DNA of 64,000 nucleotides from an uncultured Sphingobacterium sp. (GCA_964489015.1 CAZAXD010000007.1:2257-66256); one strand, 5' to 3'; positions 9,622 to 20,302 are shown, counted from the stretch's first letter. Notes: generated from the letters alone by a model not told the origin. Made by a program: numbers and translations.

Positions 9622-10929
9622 TTATTCTTCCCGCTCGATCAGAGCGCCCAGCTGCCGAAGGCGCTCATCAATGGCCTCATAGCCGCGAGCGATCTGCTCC
9701 GCATTTTCGATGAGGCTTTCGCCTTCAGCGGACAATGCTGCTATGAGCAGCGCAATGCCCGCCCGAATATCCGGACTACTCATCCGGATGCCCCGTAATG
9801 GGTGGCACCGGCCCAGCCCCAAGACCAAGGCCCGATGCGGATCACACAAAACCACCTGCGCCCCCATTTCGATAAGCCGGTCTACAAAAAAAAGTCGGCT
9901 CTCAAACATCTTTTGGTGTATAAGCACCTGACCTGCCGCTTGGGTCGCTACCACCAGCAGAATGCTCAATAGGTCCGGCGGCGTACCCGGCCAAGTATGA
10001 TCTGACAACGTGAGAATATTTCCCTCCCAGAGCGTGTCAGGCTCATAGATCGAGGGCGGATCGACAAGTAGAACGTTATCCTGGAGCTTAGCCGGAATGC
10101 CCAGCCGCTCAAAGGGCCGCGTGATAGGTCCCAAGTGCTCGGCAGGTACAGGGCCGATCGTAATAGGGCTTTGCGTCATAGCAGAAAGGCCTATCAAGCT
10201 TCCAACTTCGATAATGTCGGGCAGAAGAACATGGACAGTCCCGCGCAGCTTCGGCGTGCCTTGAATGGTGAGTCGGTTGGTGCCTATCCCCGTAATAGCG
10301 GCGCCCATCTGCTCCAGCAAGCGGCATAGCTGTTGGATATAGGGCTCACAAGCAGCATGGTAGAGGGTTGTTTCCCCATGGGCGGTCGACGCTGCTAAGA
10401 GGAGGTTAGCTGTTCCGGTGACAGACGCCTCCTCCAGCAAAATAGGTACGCCACGTAGCCGCCTAGGCGCAGCTAAGCGATACAGCTCAGCCTTTTCATC
10501 ATACGAGATAACGGCTCCTAAGGCTTCAAAGCCTAGAAGGTGCGTATCCATCCGTCGACGCCCTATCTTGTCTCCCCCCGGACGGTACAAATAGGCTTCC
10601 CCACACCGAGCTAGCAAGGCCCCCGCTAAAAGCACCGAACCCCGAATCTGGCGGAAGCGTTGCTTGAGCTCGGGCTCTAGCAGCCGCGTCGGATCAATCT
10701 CCTGAGCGGTAATGCGAACGGCATGGTCACTGAGCCACTCAATCCGAGCGCCGAGACTGGCGATCAGCTCTAGATGCCGCTCCACGTCCAAAATCCGGGG
10801 AAGGTTGTGAATCTCTACTGGCTCTGTCGTCAAAAGCGTAGCCGAGAGAACCTGGAGCGCTTCGTTCTTAGCGCCTTGTGGCGTGTAATGCCCGCTAAGC
10901 GGCACCCCACCTTTTACCCAGAGCTTCAT
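9622..10929 (-). CDS. murA: UDP-N-acetylglucosamine 1-carboxyvinyltransferase
   Basis: GAKNEAL, PGGDKIGRR (Asp-type, as in Bacteroidota), SVTGTANL, MFESRL, DIRAG, RGYE. Confidence 0.95.
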   Translation of the reverse strand: MKLWVKGGVPLSGHYTPQGAKNEALQVLSATLLTTEPVEIHNLPRILDVERHLELIASLGARIEWLSDHAVRITAQEIDPTRLLEPELKQRFRQIRGSVLLAGALLARCGEAYLYRPGGDKIGRRRMDTHLLGFEALGAVISYDEKAELYRLAAPRRLRGVPILLEEASVTGTANLLLAASTAHGETTLYHAACEPYIQQLCRLLEQMGAAITGIGTNRLTIQGTPKLRGTVHVLLPDIIEVGSLIGLSAMTQSPITIGPVPAEHLGPITRPFERLGIPAKLQDNVLLVDPPSIYEPDTLWEGNILTLSDHTWPGTPPDLLSILLVVATQAAGQVLIHQKMFESRLFFVDRLIEMGAQVVLCDPHRALVLGLGRCHPLRGIRMSSPDIRAGIALLIAALSAEGESLIENAEQIARGYEAIDERLRQLGALIEREE

Positions 10930-11567
10930 TTACGCCGCCAATAGGGTCGTCGCTTCAGTTTTCCCTTTGCACGAGGGGAGTCTTGACGAGCCTCCGGAGA
11001 CGGCTCTCGCTGCACCAGACCGGCCACCTGCGCCGGATCGATCCGGATCGTACCCCCACTGAGACTCGCTATGTGGTCCGCTGTCACGGCTGGCGTAGCC
11101 TCATAACCATGATGACGAGACAGGCTTACCATAGCCCCTAGCAGGACAGGTAGCACCACTGCCTGCTGCGCCGGCTCAGTCATAGCGACGAGGTCCACCG
11201 CTCGCGCAGCGATGAAACCATATTGGCGCAGCGGCGTATGGTAACGAGGGTACCCTACTTTAGGCAGGGAGTGAGGAGGCAAGGTAGCTGGCACATCCCA
11301 AGGAAAATCTGTCCGCAACGTAGCCGGCAAAAGGCCATAAAAGCGCCCCCGCCATAATTCCAACTCTTCCTTGGCTAAGCGCCCCTCCTCTAAACCCTCT
11401 ATCCGAAGGTACCAGCGAAAAAGAACCTTGAGGCTCTCCCGGCGCAAAGAAGGCGAGTCCTGCCGCGTGAGAGCCTCTAGAAACCCCCACAGCAGATGCC
11501 CAGCCGGCGGCAACATGCCCACACGACGCGGCGGGCTCAGCTTAGGATATACGCTCGAGCTTGGCAT
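10926..11567 (-). CDS. Probable divergent DUF4290-family protein
   Basis: KVGYPRYHTPLRQYG and DHIASLSGGTIRI resemble DUF4290 as I recall it; lies directly upstream of murA, its usual Bacteroidota position; basic C-terminal tail. Start set at ATG 11567. Confidence 0.6.
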   Translation of the reverse strand: MPSSSVYPKLSPPRRVGMLPPAGHLLWGFLEALTRQDSPSLRRESLKVLFRWYLRIEGLEEGRLAKEELELWRGRFYGLLPATLRTDFPWDVPATLPPHSLPKVGYPRYHTPLRQYGFIAARAVDLVAMTEPAQQAVVLPVLLGAMVSLSRHHGYEATPAVTADHIASLSGGTIRIDPAQVAGLVQREPSPEARQDSPRAKGKLKRRPYWRRK

Positions 11568-13722
11568 ATTGTAGATTAAGTCGCTTTCTGCCGTGCGTCT
11601 CAAATTCAACGAGCACCACGCCTTGCGAGCCATTCTCTTCACAAGCGATAACCGTGCCGCGCCCAAAGTGAGAGTGAAGGACCTGGCAGCCTGGGCTCAG
11701 GTCCGATAAGCGAACGGTGCCTTGAATAGGTCCTTCTCGGGAGGGCTTGGGCCTAGCAGAGGGAGAGGGCATGGGCTTAGAAGCAGCAAAAGCAGGAGCG
11801 CGACCAACGGGGCCCGCCACCCGCTTCGGGGCCAGGGCCCCCTTGAGCTCCTCCAAAAAGCGGCTGGGTTCCGTAGGAACGAGCTCTCCACGCCAGCGCT
11901 CAAAGCGGGGTCGACATAAATACAAGCGACGAGAAGCCCGAGTCAACGCCACATAAAAAATCCGACGCTCTTCTTCCTCGCCTTCTAAACCTTCACCCGC
12001 AGCGCGGCTGTGCGGCATAAGCCCTTCTATCACCCCAACTACAAAGACCGTATCAAACTCCATCCCCTTCACCCCGTGCACAGTTGAGAGCCAGACTGCT
12101 TCTTTGGGGGCCTTCTCTTCATCTTGGGAGGTGTAGAGCGCTGTCTGGGTTAGAAAGTCGGCTAGTGTGCCCTGCGATTCGGTGGCCTCAAAAGACTCGG
12201 CCGCTTGAATAAGGGCCTCTAAGTTTTCTAAACGCTCCTGCTCCCGCTCATCCCCGGAATAATACTTGATAAGCCCTGATTGCTGAAGAACTTCCTCTAC
12301 CGCTGCTGATAAAGGCAGGCCCCGGGCACGCTCTCGCAAACGCCCCAAGAAAGTCTTTAGCTCCAGAAGCGCTTTGCTATAAGGTAAGGAAAGGCGCTCT
12401 GCGACAGCTTCCATCACCGCCCATAGACTCTGGCCAGCCTCGTGAGCATACGTTTGCCATCGCTCCAAAGTGACCCGGCCTATCCCTCGCCCTGAAATCG
12501 GGAGGATTCGTAAGAGCGCCTGATCGTCTTCAGGATTATGAACTAGTCGCAAATACGCCAGAAGATGCTTCACCTCTTCCCGCTGGTAAAAAGATAAAGC
12601 GCCTATGAGCCGATACGGAATTCGTTCTTTTCGAAAAGCATCCTCCAGCGCACGAGAGTAGGCATTGATTCGGTATAAAACCGCTATGTCACGATACGAG
12701 AGATGCGTCCGCATCACAAGCTCGCGTACCTGCCGAGCGACATACGACGCCTCATCGACTGACGTCTGAAAGTCCTCTAGTATTTGCGGCGCGGGTCCAT
12801 CCGGATTATGAGTAAAAAGCTGCTTGGCCATAAGAACCTGACTATTACGCAAGGTGATATTGGCCAAGGCAAGGATAGCTGGCGTAGAACGATAATTTTT
12901 TTCCAGTTTCACCAAGACCACATCCGGAAAATCGCGCTGCAGGTATTGGAAGTTTCTCACATTAGCCCCGCGAAAGCTATATATACTTTGGGCATCATCT
13001 CCCACTACAAAGATATTGCGATGGTGGCTTGCGATCTTGGCTACGATTTGATACTGGATGTCATTGGTGTCCTGAAACTCATCCACTAATAAGTGCTTAT
13101 ACCGCTGCTGAAAGTGGCTGAGGATGGCTGGCTGAGACTGTAAAACCCTATTCATCTCCAGCAGGAGATCATCAAAGTCGAGGGCATCCGCTAGACGCAA
13201 ACGCTTTTGATAGACCTGGTACACTTGGTGAATGAGCGCTTCAGCGGGTGATTCGGGCTGAACGGCCTCTGGATAGAGCCCAGCATTTTTCCACCGACTG
13301 ATAACGCTGCGAAAGCGACCGACTTCCTTAGACGAGACCTGATGCTCTTTGAGAATGAACGCGAGAAGCGCTCTAACATCGTCCTCGTCGTAAATCACAA
13401 AACGGCTACTGACAGGATAACCGGTCAAGAGCCCCCGAAGCCAGCGGGCTGCCAGACTGTGGAAGGTCCCCATCCAGACGCGGGTAGCTATAGCGCCTAC
13501 AAGCCCTTCTAGCCGTTGACGCATCGTATCAGCGGCTTTGTTGGTAAAGGTCAGGGCTACAATGCTTGCCGGATTGACGCCGCGCTCCAGAAGGTGCGCA
13601 ATGCGATAAGTAAGCACACGAGTCTTACCCGTACCAGCTCCCGCTAGCACGATGAGAGGGCCATCCGGGGACAGCACCGCTTTCCGTTGCTGCTCGTCTA
13701 AAGCCGACAACCAGTCGCTCAT
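11542..13722 (-). CDS. uvrD: UvrD/PcrA superfamily 1 DNA helicase
   Basis: AGAGTGKT, LVDEFQDTN, VGDDAQSIYSFRGA, LEKNYRST, STVHGVKGMEF, EEERRIFYVALTRA; C-terminal Tudor-like domain. Confidence 0.95.
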   Translation of the reverse strand: MSDWLSALDEQQRKAVLSPDGPLIVLAGAGTGKTRVLTYRIAHLLERGVNPASIVALTFTNKAADTMRQRLEGLVGAIATRVWMGTFHSLAARWLRGLLTGYPVSSRFVIYDEDDVRALLAFILKEHQVSSKEVGRFRSVISRWKNAGLYPEAVQPESPAEALIHQVYQVYQKRLRLADALDFDDLLLEMNRVLQSQPAILSHFQQRYKHLLVDEFQDTNDIQYQIVAKIASHHRNIFVVGDDAQSIYSFRGANVRNFQYLQRDFPDVVLVKLEKNYRSTPAILALANITLRNSQVLMAKQLFTHNPDGPAPQILEDFQTSVDEASYVARQVRELVMRTHLSYRDIAVLYRINAYSRALEDAFRKERIPYRLIGALSFYQREEVKHLLAYLRLVHNPEDDQALLRILPISGRGIGRVTLERWQTYAHEAGQSLWAVMEAVAERLSLPYSKALLELKTFLGRLRERARGLPLSAAVEEVLQQSGLIKYYSGDEREQERLENLEALIQAAESFEATESQGTLADFLTQTALYTSQDEEKAPKEAVWLSTVHGVKGMEFDTVFVVGVIEGLMPHSRAAGEGLEGEEEERRIFYVALTRASRRLYLCRPRFERWRGELVPTEPSRFLEELKGALAPKRVAGPVGRAPAFAASKPMPSPSARPKPSREGPIQGTVRLSDLSPGCQVLHSHFGRGTVIACEENGSQGVVLVEFETHGRKRLNLQYAKLERIS

Positions 13723-15377
13723 TCGCTCCGAGCAATTGCCTTGTAACGGGCTACGTCAAAGCGTCCTGTTGCTTCTAACTCTTGAGCTGCCGGTAAAAGC
13801 CGAATAGCCCGCCAGACCGTTTTATCCCGCTCTAGGCTGACGCGCAGGCGCGCTTCCTCGCCATAGGCTATCTTTCCGACATAGCTTCGGAGGAACCACT
13901 CCGCCTCTGCTCGAATGCTATCCAGATTACAAGTCACCTCACGCTCTACCGCTTTTCGCTTAAGGGCCTGCCACAGATCAGCGGGGACTTTGAAGTTTTC
14001 AGCGTAGTCTTTGGCCGAGCTATACCGGCTTCGCAGCTCAGGATGCAAAGACACATATTCCTGGGCCGTCAACAGAAAGATATTTTTTCGCTGAGCAGCC
14101 CGTAGACAGTCTGAAGTTCGCATGCTAGAATCAATAGGTAAGAATATGTCAGGAATAATCCCGCCGCCTCCGTAAACGATCCGGCCAGATGAGGTCTTGT
14201 ATCGCAGAGACTCTGGCAAGGGGATTTTCGTCTCATCCGTGATCTCCCCCCGCTCTACCCGCTCTTGAAGCTCATGTTCGTACTCTTCCACAGACTTTCC
14301 CTCAAAGGGCTTTTGGATACACCGTCCAGAGGGCGTAAAGTAACGCGAGAAGGTAATGCGTACAGCAGAGCTGTCTGGCAAATATCTCTGTGTCTGCACC
14401 ACCCCCTTCCCGAAGGAGCGCTGACCTACCACTAAGCCCCGGTCCCAGTCTTGCACCGCTCCCGCCACAATCTCACTGGCAGACGCACTTCCTAAATCTA
14501 TCAGTACAATCAGCGGTCCTTTCTCATAAAGACCATATACGGCTGTGGCTTGGTAAGAGCTATTGCTTTCTGGTACACGCCCTTTGGTATAGACGACTAG
14601 CTTACCCTCAGGCAGAAACTCATCCGCAATGCGCTGGGCCATGTGCAAATAGCCGCCAGGATTCCCACGTAGATCTAAAACAATCCCCCCGGCCCCCTGC
14701 TGCTTGAGCTGACGAAGGGCCTTCCGAACCTCTTCATGCGCAGTCTCGCTAAAGCGTGTCAGCCGAATATACCCTACGTCTTGTTGGAGCACACCCGCAA
14801 AAGGCACTGCATATAAGGGAATGCGGTCACGCGTGATCTCAAATTCTAACAAACCCGCCTCTCCTGGCCTAAAGATGTGCACTTTTACCTTGGTGCCTTT
14901 GGGGCCGCGCAAAGAGCGGACCACTTGCTGATTCGTGATGCCTTTACCCGCTACCTCGCGATCATTTATCCTCACAATACGATCGCCTGATTGGATGCCC
15001 AGCATCTCGCTAGGTCCACCGGGGATCGCCGATACAACCTGTATCGTATCATCCACGATCTGAAACTCAATCCCAATCCCCTCGAAACCGCCGGACATTT
15101 CTGCCTCTTCCTGCTCTTGGATTTCTCGTGGGATATAAAACGAATGCGGATCCAGTTGCGAGAACATACCATTAATGGCCTTCAAAACCAGCTCTCCCTC
15201 CGTGATATCCCGATAGTAATACCTTTCGACTAGCCGAATGATCTGCTCGAGCTTCTTGAGATCGTCCCCTTCGATTCGGTCCGGTCCCGCCTCCTGCCAA
15301 CGAAAACCGAGTACAAATGAAAGCAGGCCACCCATGAACCCTAGACCGGTCCAACCTAACCAACGCAGTTTCGTCAT
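13719..15377 (-). CDS. S41 family carboxyl-terminal processing protease (PDZ)
   Basis: LDPHS, GGFEGIGI, DLRGNPGG, SASASEIVAGAVQDWDRG, SFGKGVVQ. Confidence 0.93.
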   Translation of the reverse strand: MTKLRWLGWTGLGFMGGLLSFVLGFRWQEAGPDRIEGDDLKKLEQIIRLVERYYYRDITEGELVLKAINGMFSQLDPHSFYIPREIQEQEEAEMSGGFEGIGIEFQIVDDTIQVVSAIPGGPSEMLGIQSGDRIVRINDREVAGKGITNQQVVRSLRGPKGTKVKVHIFRPGEAGLLEFEITRDRIPLYAVPFAGVLQQDVGYIRLTRFSETAHEEVRKALRQLKQQGAGGIVLDLRGNPGGYLHMAQRIADEFLPEGKLVVYTKGRVPESNSSYQATAVYGLYEKGPLIVLIDLGSASASEIVAGAVQDWDRGLVVGQRSFGKGVVQTQRYLPDSSAVRITFSRYFTPSGRCIQKPFEGKSVEEYEHELQERVERGEITDETKIPLPESLRYKTSSGRIVYGGGGIIPDIFLPIDSSMRTSDCLRAAQRKNIFLLTAQEYVSLHPELRSRYSSAKDYAENFKVPADLWQALKRKAVEREVTCNLDSIRAEAEWFLRSYVGKIAYGEEARLRVSLERDKTVWRAIRLLPAAQELEATGRFDVARYKAIARSE

Positions 15378-15386
15378 AGAGCTATA

Positions 15387-15749
15387 TTAACGCTTTTGGA
15401 TAATTTTTTGTGTTTGCTCGCCATACGCTACACGCTTTCCTTCCCAAAATACCTCATAGGCACAGTGTATGGTCCGTCCTTTGACCCAAAGCAGGGTCGC
15501 TACGATTTCTACCCGGGCTCCGACGGGCACTGAAGCCACATGATGAACATCTAAATAGGTTCCGATGCCTTCTTCCCCCTCTTCCTTCATGTCTAAAACA
15601 AACTGACGACAGGCCCATTCAGCATCTTGACCCAAAGCAAAGGTGGAGTAGTACGGATGTACCACCCCGCCGTGGAATTGCGCCACTTTCTCGGGCGAAA
15701 CTTGTGTCACGTAGCGTCGCTGAGTCCCAGGCGCGAAGGGCAGGCGCAT
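15387..15749 (-). CDS. Hotdog-fold thioesterase (FlK-like)
   Basis: YSTFAL..AEWAC, EGIGTYLDVHHVAS, GEQTQ; Thr/Glu/His triad positions present. Confidence 0.8.
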   Translation of the reverse strand: MRLPFAPGTQRRYVTQVSPEKVAQFHGGVVHPYYSTFALGQDAEWACRQFVLDMKEEGEEGIGTYLDVHHVASVPVGARVEIVATLLWVKGRTIHCAYEVFWEGKRVAYGEQTQKIIQKR

Positions 15750-15751
15750 GA

Positions 15752-16048
15752 TCAGAGAAGCTTCGTCAGCGCCATGGCCATGCCCATATTCCCCTCCACT
15801 TTGACTTTGCCAAACATAAACGCAGTCGCTGCGCTCGTCTTGCCTGTCAGCAGATCAGCTAGTGTGTCTTTACTAAGGCGCACCACACAATCCGCCGGTT
15901 TGTCTTCTGTACTGACTACAGGCGGCGCTTGATTCGCATCAATGTGTATAACCTGACTCCCCTCAATGACAAACTTGAACATTCCCTGTACGCCCGAAGC
16001 CTTGAGGGCACGCTCCCGGATCTGCTCCAAAATCTGCTCGGCGGTCAT
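15752..16048 (-). CDS. SCP2 sterol/lipid-binding domain protein
   Basis: ADCVV, AATAFMFGKVKVEGNMGMAM. Start moved to ATG 16048; the track's TTG is part of the promoter motif. Confidence 0.88.
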   Translation of the reverse strand: MTAEQILEQIRERALKASGVQGMFKFVIEGSQVIHIDANQAPPVVSTEDKPADCVVRLSKDTLADLLTGKTSAATAFMFGKVKVEGNMGMAMALTKLL

Positions 16049-16054
16049 ATCCCC

Positions 16055-16062
16055 CAAAGATA
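16055..16062 (-). promoter_or_regulatory. -7 element TATCTTTG (SCP2 operon)
   Basis: Perfect match, 6 nt spacer to ATG 16048. Confidence 0.7.
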
Positions 16063-16066
16063 CAAA

Positions 16067-17434
16067 CTATGTGCTTTCCGTGAGGCTCACTTCACCCCGC
16101 AAAAAGCGCTGGTACCACAGAGCAGACTGCTTAGGTCGCCGCTCTAAGGTTTGTCGATCCACGTAAACAAGCCCAAACTGTGGGCGGTATCCCTCTGCCC
16201 ATTCAAAATTATCTAAGAAGGTCCAGACGAAATACCCTTGAACCGCAATCCCTTCTTGTTTGGCACGATACACCTGTCGCAGCGCTGCTTGCAGGTACGC
16301 GATACGCTTCGGATCGTTTGTCGTCTCCCGCTCTGCGGCATAACCATTTTCTGTAACCACGATCGGGAGCATGCTGTCGTACCCCGCAAAATGCCTAAGA
16401 GCTAAATACAGAGACTCCGGGTAAACCTCCCATCCCATGGCCTGATAAGGCACGCCGCGGCGCTTGGGTGGGACGGGACGGCCATAAACCCAAGGCACCA
16501 AGCGGTGATAACGCACTACCTCACGGGTATAGTTTTGGATGCCGATAAAGTCAGGGCGGGCGGCCATCTGCTCCCGATCACCTGGCTTACCATGTCGACG
16601 CTCGATCTCGGCTAAAAGCGGGAAGGCATCGACCGGATAGCCCAGTCCCAGGAGCGGCTCGATAAAAAGCCGATTAAGCAGGGCATCATACCGGCAAGCG
16701 GCGGCCTCGTCTCGCCAGTGTCCTGGTCGATAAGGAAACACCGGCGAGGTCGAAAAAGTCGTCCCCACGCGAGCGGCTGCTGGCAAAAGGGCCTTTAGCT
16801 CACGAATGCCCAGACCCTGGGCTAGTGCCGCATGATGAACTGCGGCCAAGAAGGGCTTGAGTCCCCGTTTGCCGGGCGCATGCACCCCCAAAAGGTACCC
16901 TGCCGCCGTAAAAGCTAAAGGCTCATTTAGCACCATCCAATAGCGGACCTTACGCCCGTACTCCTGCGCACAAAACCGCACATAGGCTAAAAAGTCTTCT
17001 ACCACTTGCCGACTTTCCCAGCCCCCATAGGCCTTTTGGAGCGCCAAGGGCAAATCCCAGTGATAAAGGGTAACCCAGGGCTCAATCCCCTCGGCTAAAA
17101 ACGCGTCGATGACCTGATGATAAAAAGCGACGCCGGCAGGGTTGATGCGCTCCCGTCCCTCTGGAAAAAGGCGTGGCCAGGATAAAGAAAACCGAAAGGA
17201 CGGGATGGATAACGACCTAAGGAGCTGGATGTCCGAGAGGTATCGATGGTAAAAGTCACAGGCCACGTCTCCTGTTTCGCGCCGGTCGACTCGCCCAGAC
17301 CGGTGGACAAAGTCGTCCCAAATCGAGGGGCCTTTGCCGTCTAGATTCCACCCGCCTTCGATCTGATAAGCGGCAACAGCTACGCCCCAGTGAAAGTCGG
17401 GCCCGAAGTCCTTTCGGTAAATCGATATCGGCAT
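16067..17434 (-). CDS. Glycoside hydrolase family 1 beta-glucosidase
   Basis: AYQIEG, TLYHWDLP, LNEP (acid/base), VTENG (nucleophile), DNFEWAEG. Confidence 0.95.
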   Translation of the reverse strand: MPISIYRKDFGPDFHWGVAVAAYQIEGGWNLDGKGPSIWDDFVHRSGRVDRRETGDVACDFYHRYLSDIQLLRSLSIPSFRFSLSWPRLFPEGRERINPAGVAFYHQVIDAFLAEGIEPWVTLYHWDLPLALQKAYGGWESRQVVEDFLAYVRFCAQEYGRKVRYWMVLNEPLAFTAAGYLLGVHAPGKRGLKPFLAAVHHAALAQGLGIRELKALLPAAARVGTTFSTSPVFPYRPGHWRDEAAACRYDALLNRLFIEPLLGLGYPVDAFPLLAEIERRHGKPGDREQMAARPDFIGIQNYTREVVRYHRLVPWVYGRPVPPKRRGVPYQAMGWEVYPESLYLALRHFAGYDSMLPIVVTENGYAAERETTNDPKRIAYLQAALRQVYRAKQEGIAVQGYFVWTFLDNFEWAEGYRPQFGLVYVDRQTLERRPKQSALWYQRFLRGEVSLTEST

Positions 17435-18316
17435 TTAGGCCACACCAAGCACCCGAGCTACCGTACGACCGATTTCAGCAGGGCTTTCCACCACGGTCAC
17501 ACCGCACTGGGCTAGAAAGTCCATCTTTTCCCTGGCGCCACCTTTGCCGCCCGCGATAATAGCCCCTGCATGTCCCATGCGCCGGCCGGGTGGCGCCGTC
17601 TGTCCCGCAATGAAAGCCACTAATGGCTTAGTACCGTGGTCACGGATCCACTCGCCGGCCATCTCTTCGTCTGTACCTCCAATCTCGCCAATCAGGACTA
17701 TCGCTTCCGTCTCTGGGTCTTGCATAAAGAGCTTGACAATATCTAAATGCTTAGAACCCACCACTGGGTCGCCGCCAATCCCCACACAAGACGACTGCCC
17801 CAGGCCAGCCTGCGTAAGCTGATGAACGGCCTCATACGTCAGCGTTCCTGAGCGGCTCACCACGCCTACCCTTCCCCGCTTGTGAATGAAGCCAGGCATA
17901 ATCCCCATCTTACAAGCCTCTGGGGTGATGACACCCGGGCAGTTAGGGCCTATGAGTCGTGTATGCGGGTAGTCTGCTTGCAAAACGGCTTTGACTCGCA
18001 CCATGTCGCGAACTGGTACCCCATCGGTAATCGCTACGATGAGGCGTACGCCTGCCGCGGCTGCCTCTAAAATCGCATCCGCAGCCCCCGGCGCCGGTAC
18101 GAAAATAATAGATGCATCGGCACCTGTCGCCTGAACGGCCTCCCGAACGGTATTGAACACCGGCAAGTCTAAATGCTGCTGACCTCCCTTGCCAGGCGTA
18201 ACCCCCCCCACTACCTGCGTCCCATAAGCCAGCATCTGCTGCGCATGAAAGGTCCCCTCTTTTCCTGTAAAGCCCTGAACGATGACCTTGGTGTGCTTAT
18301 CTACTAGTATCGCCAT
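17435..18316 (-). CDS. sucD: Succinyl-CoA synthetase alpha subunit
   Basis: [40 protein letters not shown]. Start ATG 18316. Confidence 0.97.
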   Translation of the reverse strand: MAILVDKHTKVIVQGFTGKEGTFHAQQMLAYGTQVVGGVTPGKGGQQHLDLPVFNTVREAVQATGADASIIFVPAPGAADAILEAAAAGVRLIVAITDGVPVRDMVRVKAVLQADYPHTRLIGPNCPGVITPEACKMGIMPGFIHKRGRVGVVSRSGTLTYEAVHQLTQAGLGQSSCVGIGGDPVVGSKHLDIVKLFMQDPETEAIVLIGEIGGTDEEMAGEWIRDHGTKPLVAFIAGQTAPPGRRMGHAGAIIAGGKGGAREKMDFLAQCGVTVVESPAEIGRTVARVLGVA

Positions 18317-18320
18317 AATG

Positions 18321-18328
18321 CAAACATA
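18321..18328 (-). promoter_or_regulatory. -7 element TATGTTTG (sucD)
   Basis: Perfect match, 4 nt spacer to ATG 18316. Confidence 0.72.
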
Positions 18329-18351
18329 CAACGAAAACCTGCTAGCCTCAC

Positions 18352-18385
18352 CAAAGCAAACGGGGCAGGCTCAAGCCTGCCCCGC
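18352..18385 (-). terminator. Intrinsic terminator after TPR lipoprotein gene
   Basis: Minus strand CGGGGCAGGC-TTGA-GCCTGCCCCG (10-bp stem) followed by TTTGCTTT, 24 nt past the stop. Confidence 0.7.
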
Positions 18386-18408
18386 AGATTAGCCTAGCCT
18401 ATACAGAC

Positions 18409-20166
18409 TTAGGGATTGAGAGCCGCTTTAAACTCGGCCGACTCCCGCTGCTTACGAAACTCTAGGTCTTTCTGGGCTTTCTGGGCCAGATTACGATCTA
18501 TCTGAATGGCACGGCGGAGGTTAGTAATGAGCAGATTATTATCCGCAGAACGGGCGCCTACGATGGCTAGCACATAATAAGCTAAGGCATGATCCCGATT
18601 TTGCTGAATGGCCTTCTCCAGAGCGACCTTGGCACCTGAGAGATCGTTCATGAGCAGTCGAGAAAGGCCCGCATTGTACTGAGCCGCAGGCAGATCGCCC
18701 GCATTGCCAAACGCTTCTGCCGCAGCCGCATACTGCGCCATCTTTTCGTACACTACTCCGAGATTGAAAGCTGCTTCGGGCGTCGGCCGAGCCGCATAGG
18801 AGGCTTGGAAGGCCTGAGCTGCCTGAGTATATTCTTTACGCTTAGCGTACACAAGGCCCATGTTATCTAGGATGGCTGGATTATTCGGGCTGAGGCGATT
18901 GGCCGTATTGAGGTAATCCATGGCTTCATCTAAGCGACCTGCTAAGATCGCCAACGCACCCAAGTCATTGAAAGAACGATGGTCCTGTCCGTACTGGGAA
19001 GCATACGCCTTGAGAAGGCGCTCAGATTCCTCGGGGCGTTGACGGCGCTTGGTAGCAAAGTAAAGCTCTTCTTGGCTAAGGGTTTGGAGCAGCTGCGCCT
19101 GCGACAGGCTCCCACTCAGAAAAGCACCCGCTATGCTATCGATTTGTTCGTCGGAGTACCGACCAGAGAAGCCCTCTAGCCGAACCTGCGTACGACGCAA
19201 AGGAGCCAAGATGAATTCTACTTCTTTCGCGCCGCCGACAAGTGCCATGACTTTTTGTTCTTTCACATCAGGCACGAGGTTAGAAGCAATCACCTGAATC
19301 ACCTGCTGACGCACATTGTCAGGGAGTGAAGTTTGGGCTAGGTTTTGCTTGAAGCCTTCCCAATCCTGAGGTGTAGCCGAAACCTTGAAAAAGGCGCTAT
19401 CCAGATAAGCCGTGTAACCCTCCTTACGCATCTGCTCAATGAGCCAGTTTTGGACTTCCTTATAGCGATTGAGGGAGAGAAACTGGTTTCGCTTGAAGCG
19501 GCCCTCCGGCGAAGCGTAACCAGCCAGCGTCACCGATGTGGCCGGATACTTCTTTTGAAGGAAGGCCACAATGTCGCGAATAGCCTGCTTCTCATACTCA
19601 CCCGGCTGAATGAGATGCACGTTTTGCGGAAATTGGAAAAGCGCTTCCAAGGTGACAGGCTTTTTAGAAGTGTAAGTGTGCTGCTCGTAAATCACATAAG
19701 GGCGATCATCGACCAAGCGAGAGGTCGTAATGCAACACGGCGCCAAATCAAAGTCCGGGAGATCAAAGGCCTTCCCTTTGCGCTCGTAGGCATTTTCGGC
19801 CACAAACATCCCGCCATCCATCCCCTCTTCAAAGGCGCGAACCCCTTGCACTGAAAGCGTGACGCCCTCGTTCTTGAGCTGCTTTTTCGGATACTGATCA
19901 GCCGAGATGTCTACCGAGCGAAACTCATACCGACTCGAACCGTTTTTGACAACAAGCTTCCCATGATAGACAGACTTCTTACGAAAGCCTGACTTGGGAG
20001 GGACGGTAACTTTCACGCTGTACTTGATGGAGTCAGCATGAACTTCCAAAGGATTAGGGTTAACCGTTACAACGGTTCCCTTAAACTTAGCACACTGCGT
20101 AAGGATTCCAAGAGCGAGAACCCCTACGCCCAGTTGCCAGCCGATGAAAAACTTTTTAGTTCGCAT
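18409..20166 (-). CDS. TPR-repeat lipoprotein with central OmpA-like segment
   Basis: Lipoprotein signal ending ILTQ-C; VNPNPLEVHADS; LAGYASPEG; multiple C-terminal TPRs. Start ATG 20166. Confidence 0.75.
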   Translation of the reverse strand: MRTKKFFIGWQLGVGVLALGILTQCAKFKGTVVTVNPNPLEVHADSIKYSVKVTVPPKSGFRKKSVYHGKLVVKNGSSRYEFRSVDISADQYPKKQLKNEGVTLSVQGVRAFEEGMDGGMFVAENAYERKGKAFDLPDFDLAPCCITTSRLVDDRPYVIYEQHTYTSKKPVTLEALFQFPQNVHLIQPGEYEKQAIRDIVAFLQKKYPATSVTLAGYASPEGRFKRNQFLSLNRYKEVQNWLIEQMRKEGYTAYLDSAFFKVSATPQDWEGFKQNLAQTSLPDNVRQQVIQVIASNLVPDVKEQKVMALVGGAKEVEFILAPLRRTQVRLEGFSGRYSDEQIDSIAGAFLSGSLSQAQLLQTLSQEELYFATKRRQRPEESERLLKAYASQYGQDHRSFNDLGALAILAGRLDEAMDYLNTANRLSPNNPAILDNMGLVYAKRKEYTQAAQAFQASYAARPTPEAAFNLGVVYEKMAQYAAAAEAFGNAGDLPAAQYNAGLSRLLMNDLSGAKVALEKAIQQNRDHALAYYVLAIVGARSADNNLLITNLRRAIQIDRNLAQKAQKDLEFRKQRESAEFKAALNP

Positions 20167-20191
20167 AACACGTGTAATTTGGTCTCCACGG

Positions 20192-20199
20192 CAAAGGTA
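20192..20199 (-). promoter_or_regulatory. -7 element TACCTTTG (TPR lipoprotein)
   Basis: Perfect match, 25 nt upstream of ATG 20166. Confidence 0.6.
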
Positions 20200-20302
20200 C
20201 ATAATTCAATTCAACAACTCGTATGTCTGCCTAATCGCAGCCCTTCTACTGGCAAGCTATACCGCATGGAGTCCCTCGCCTAAAGCGGGATGAGGGAATA
20301 TT

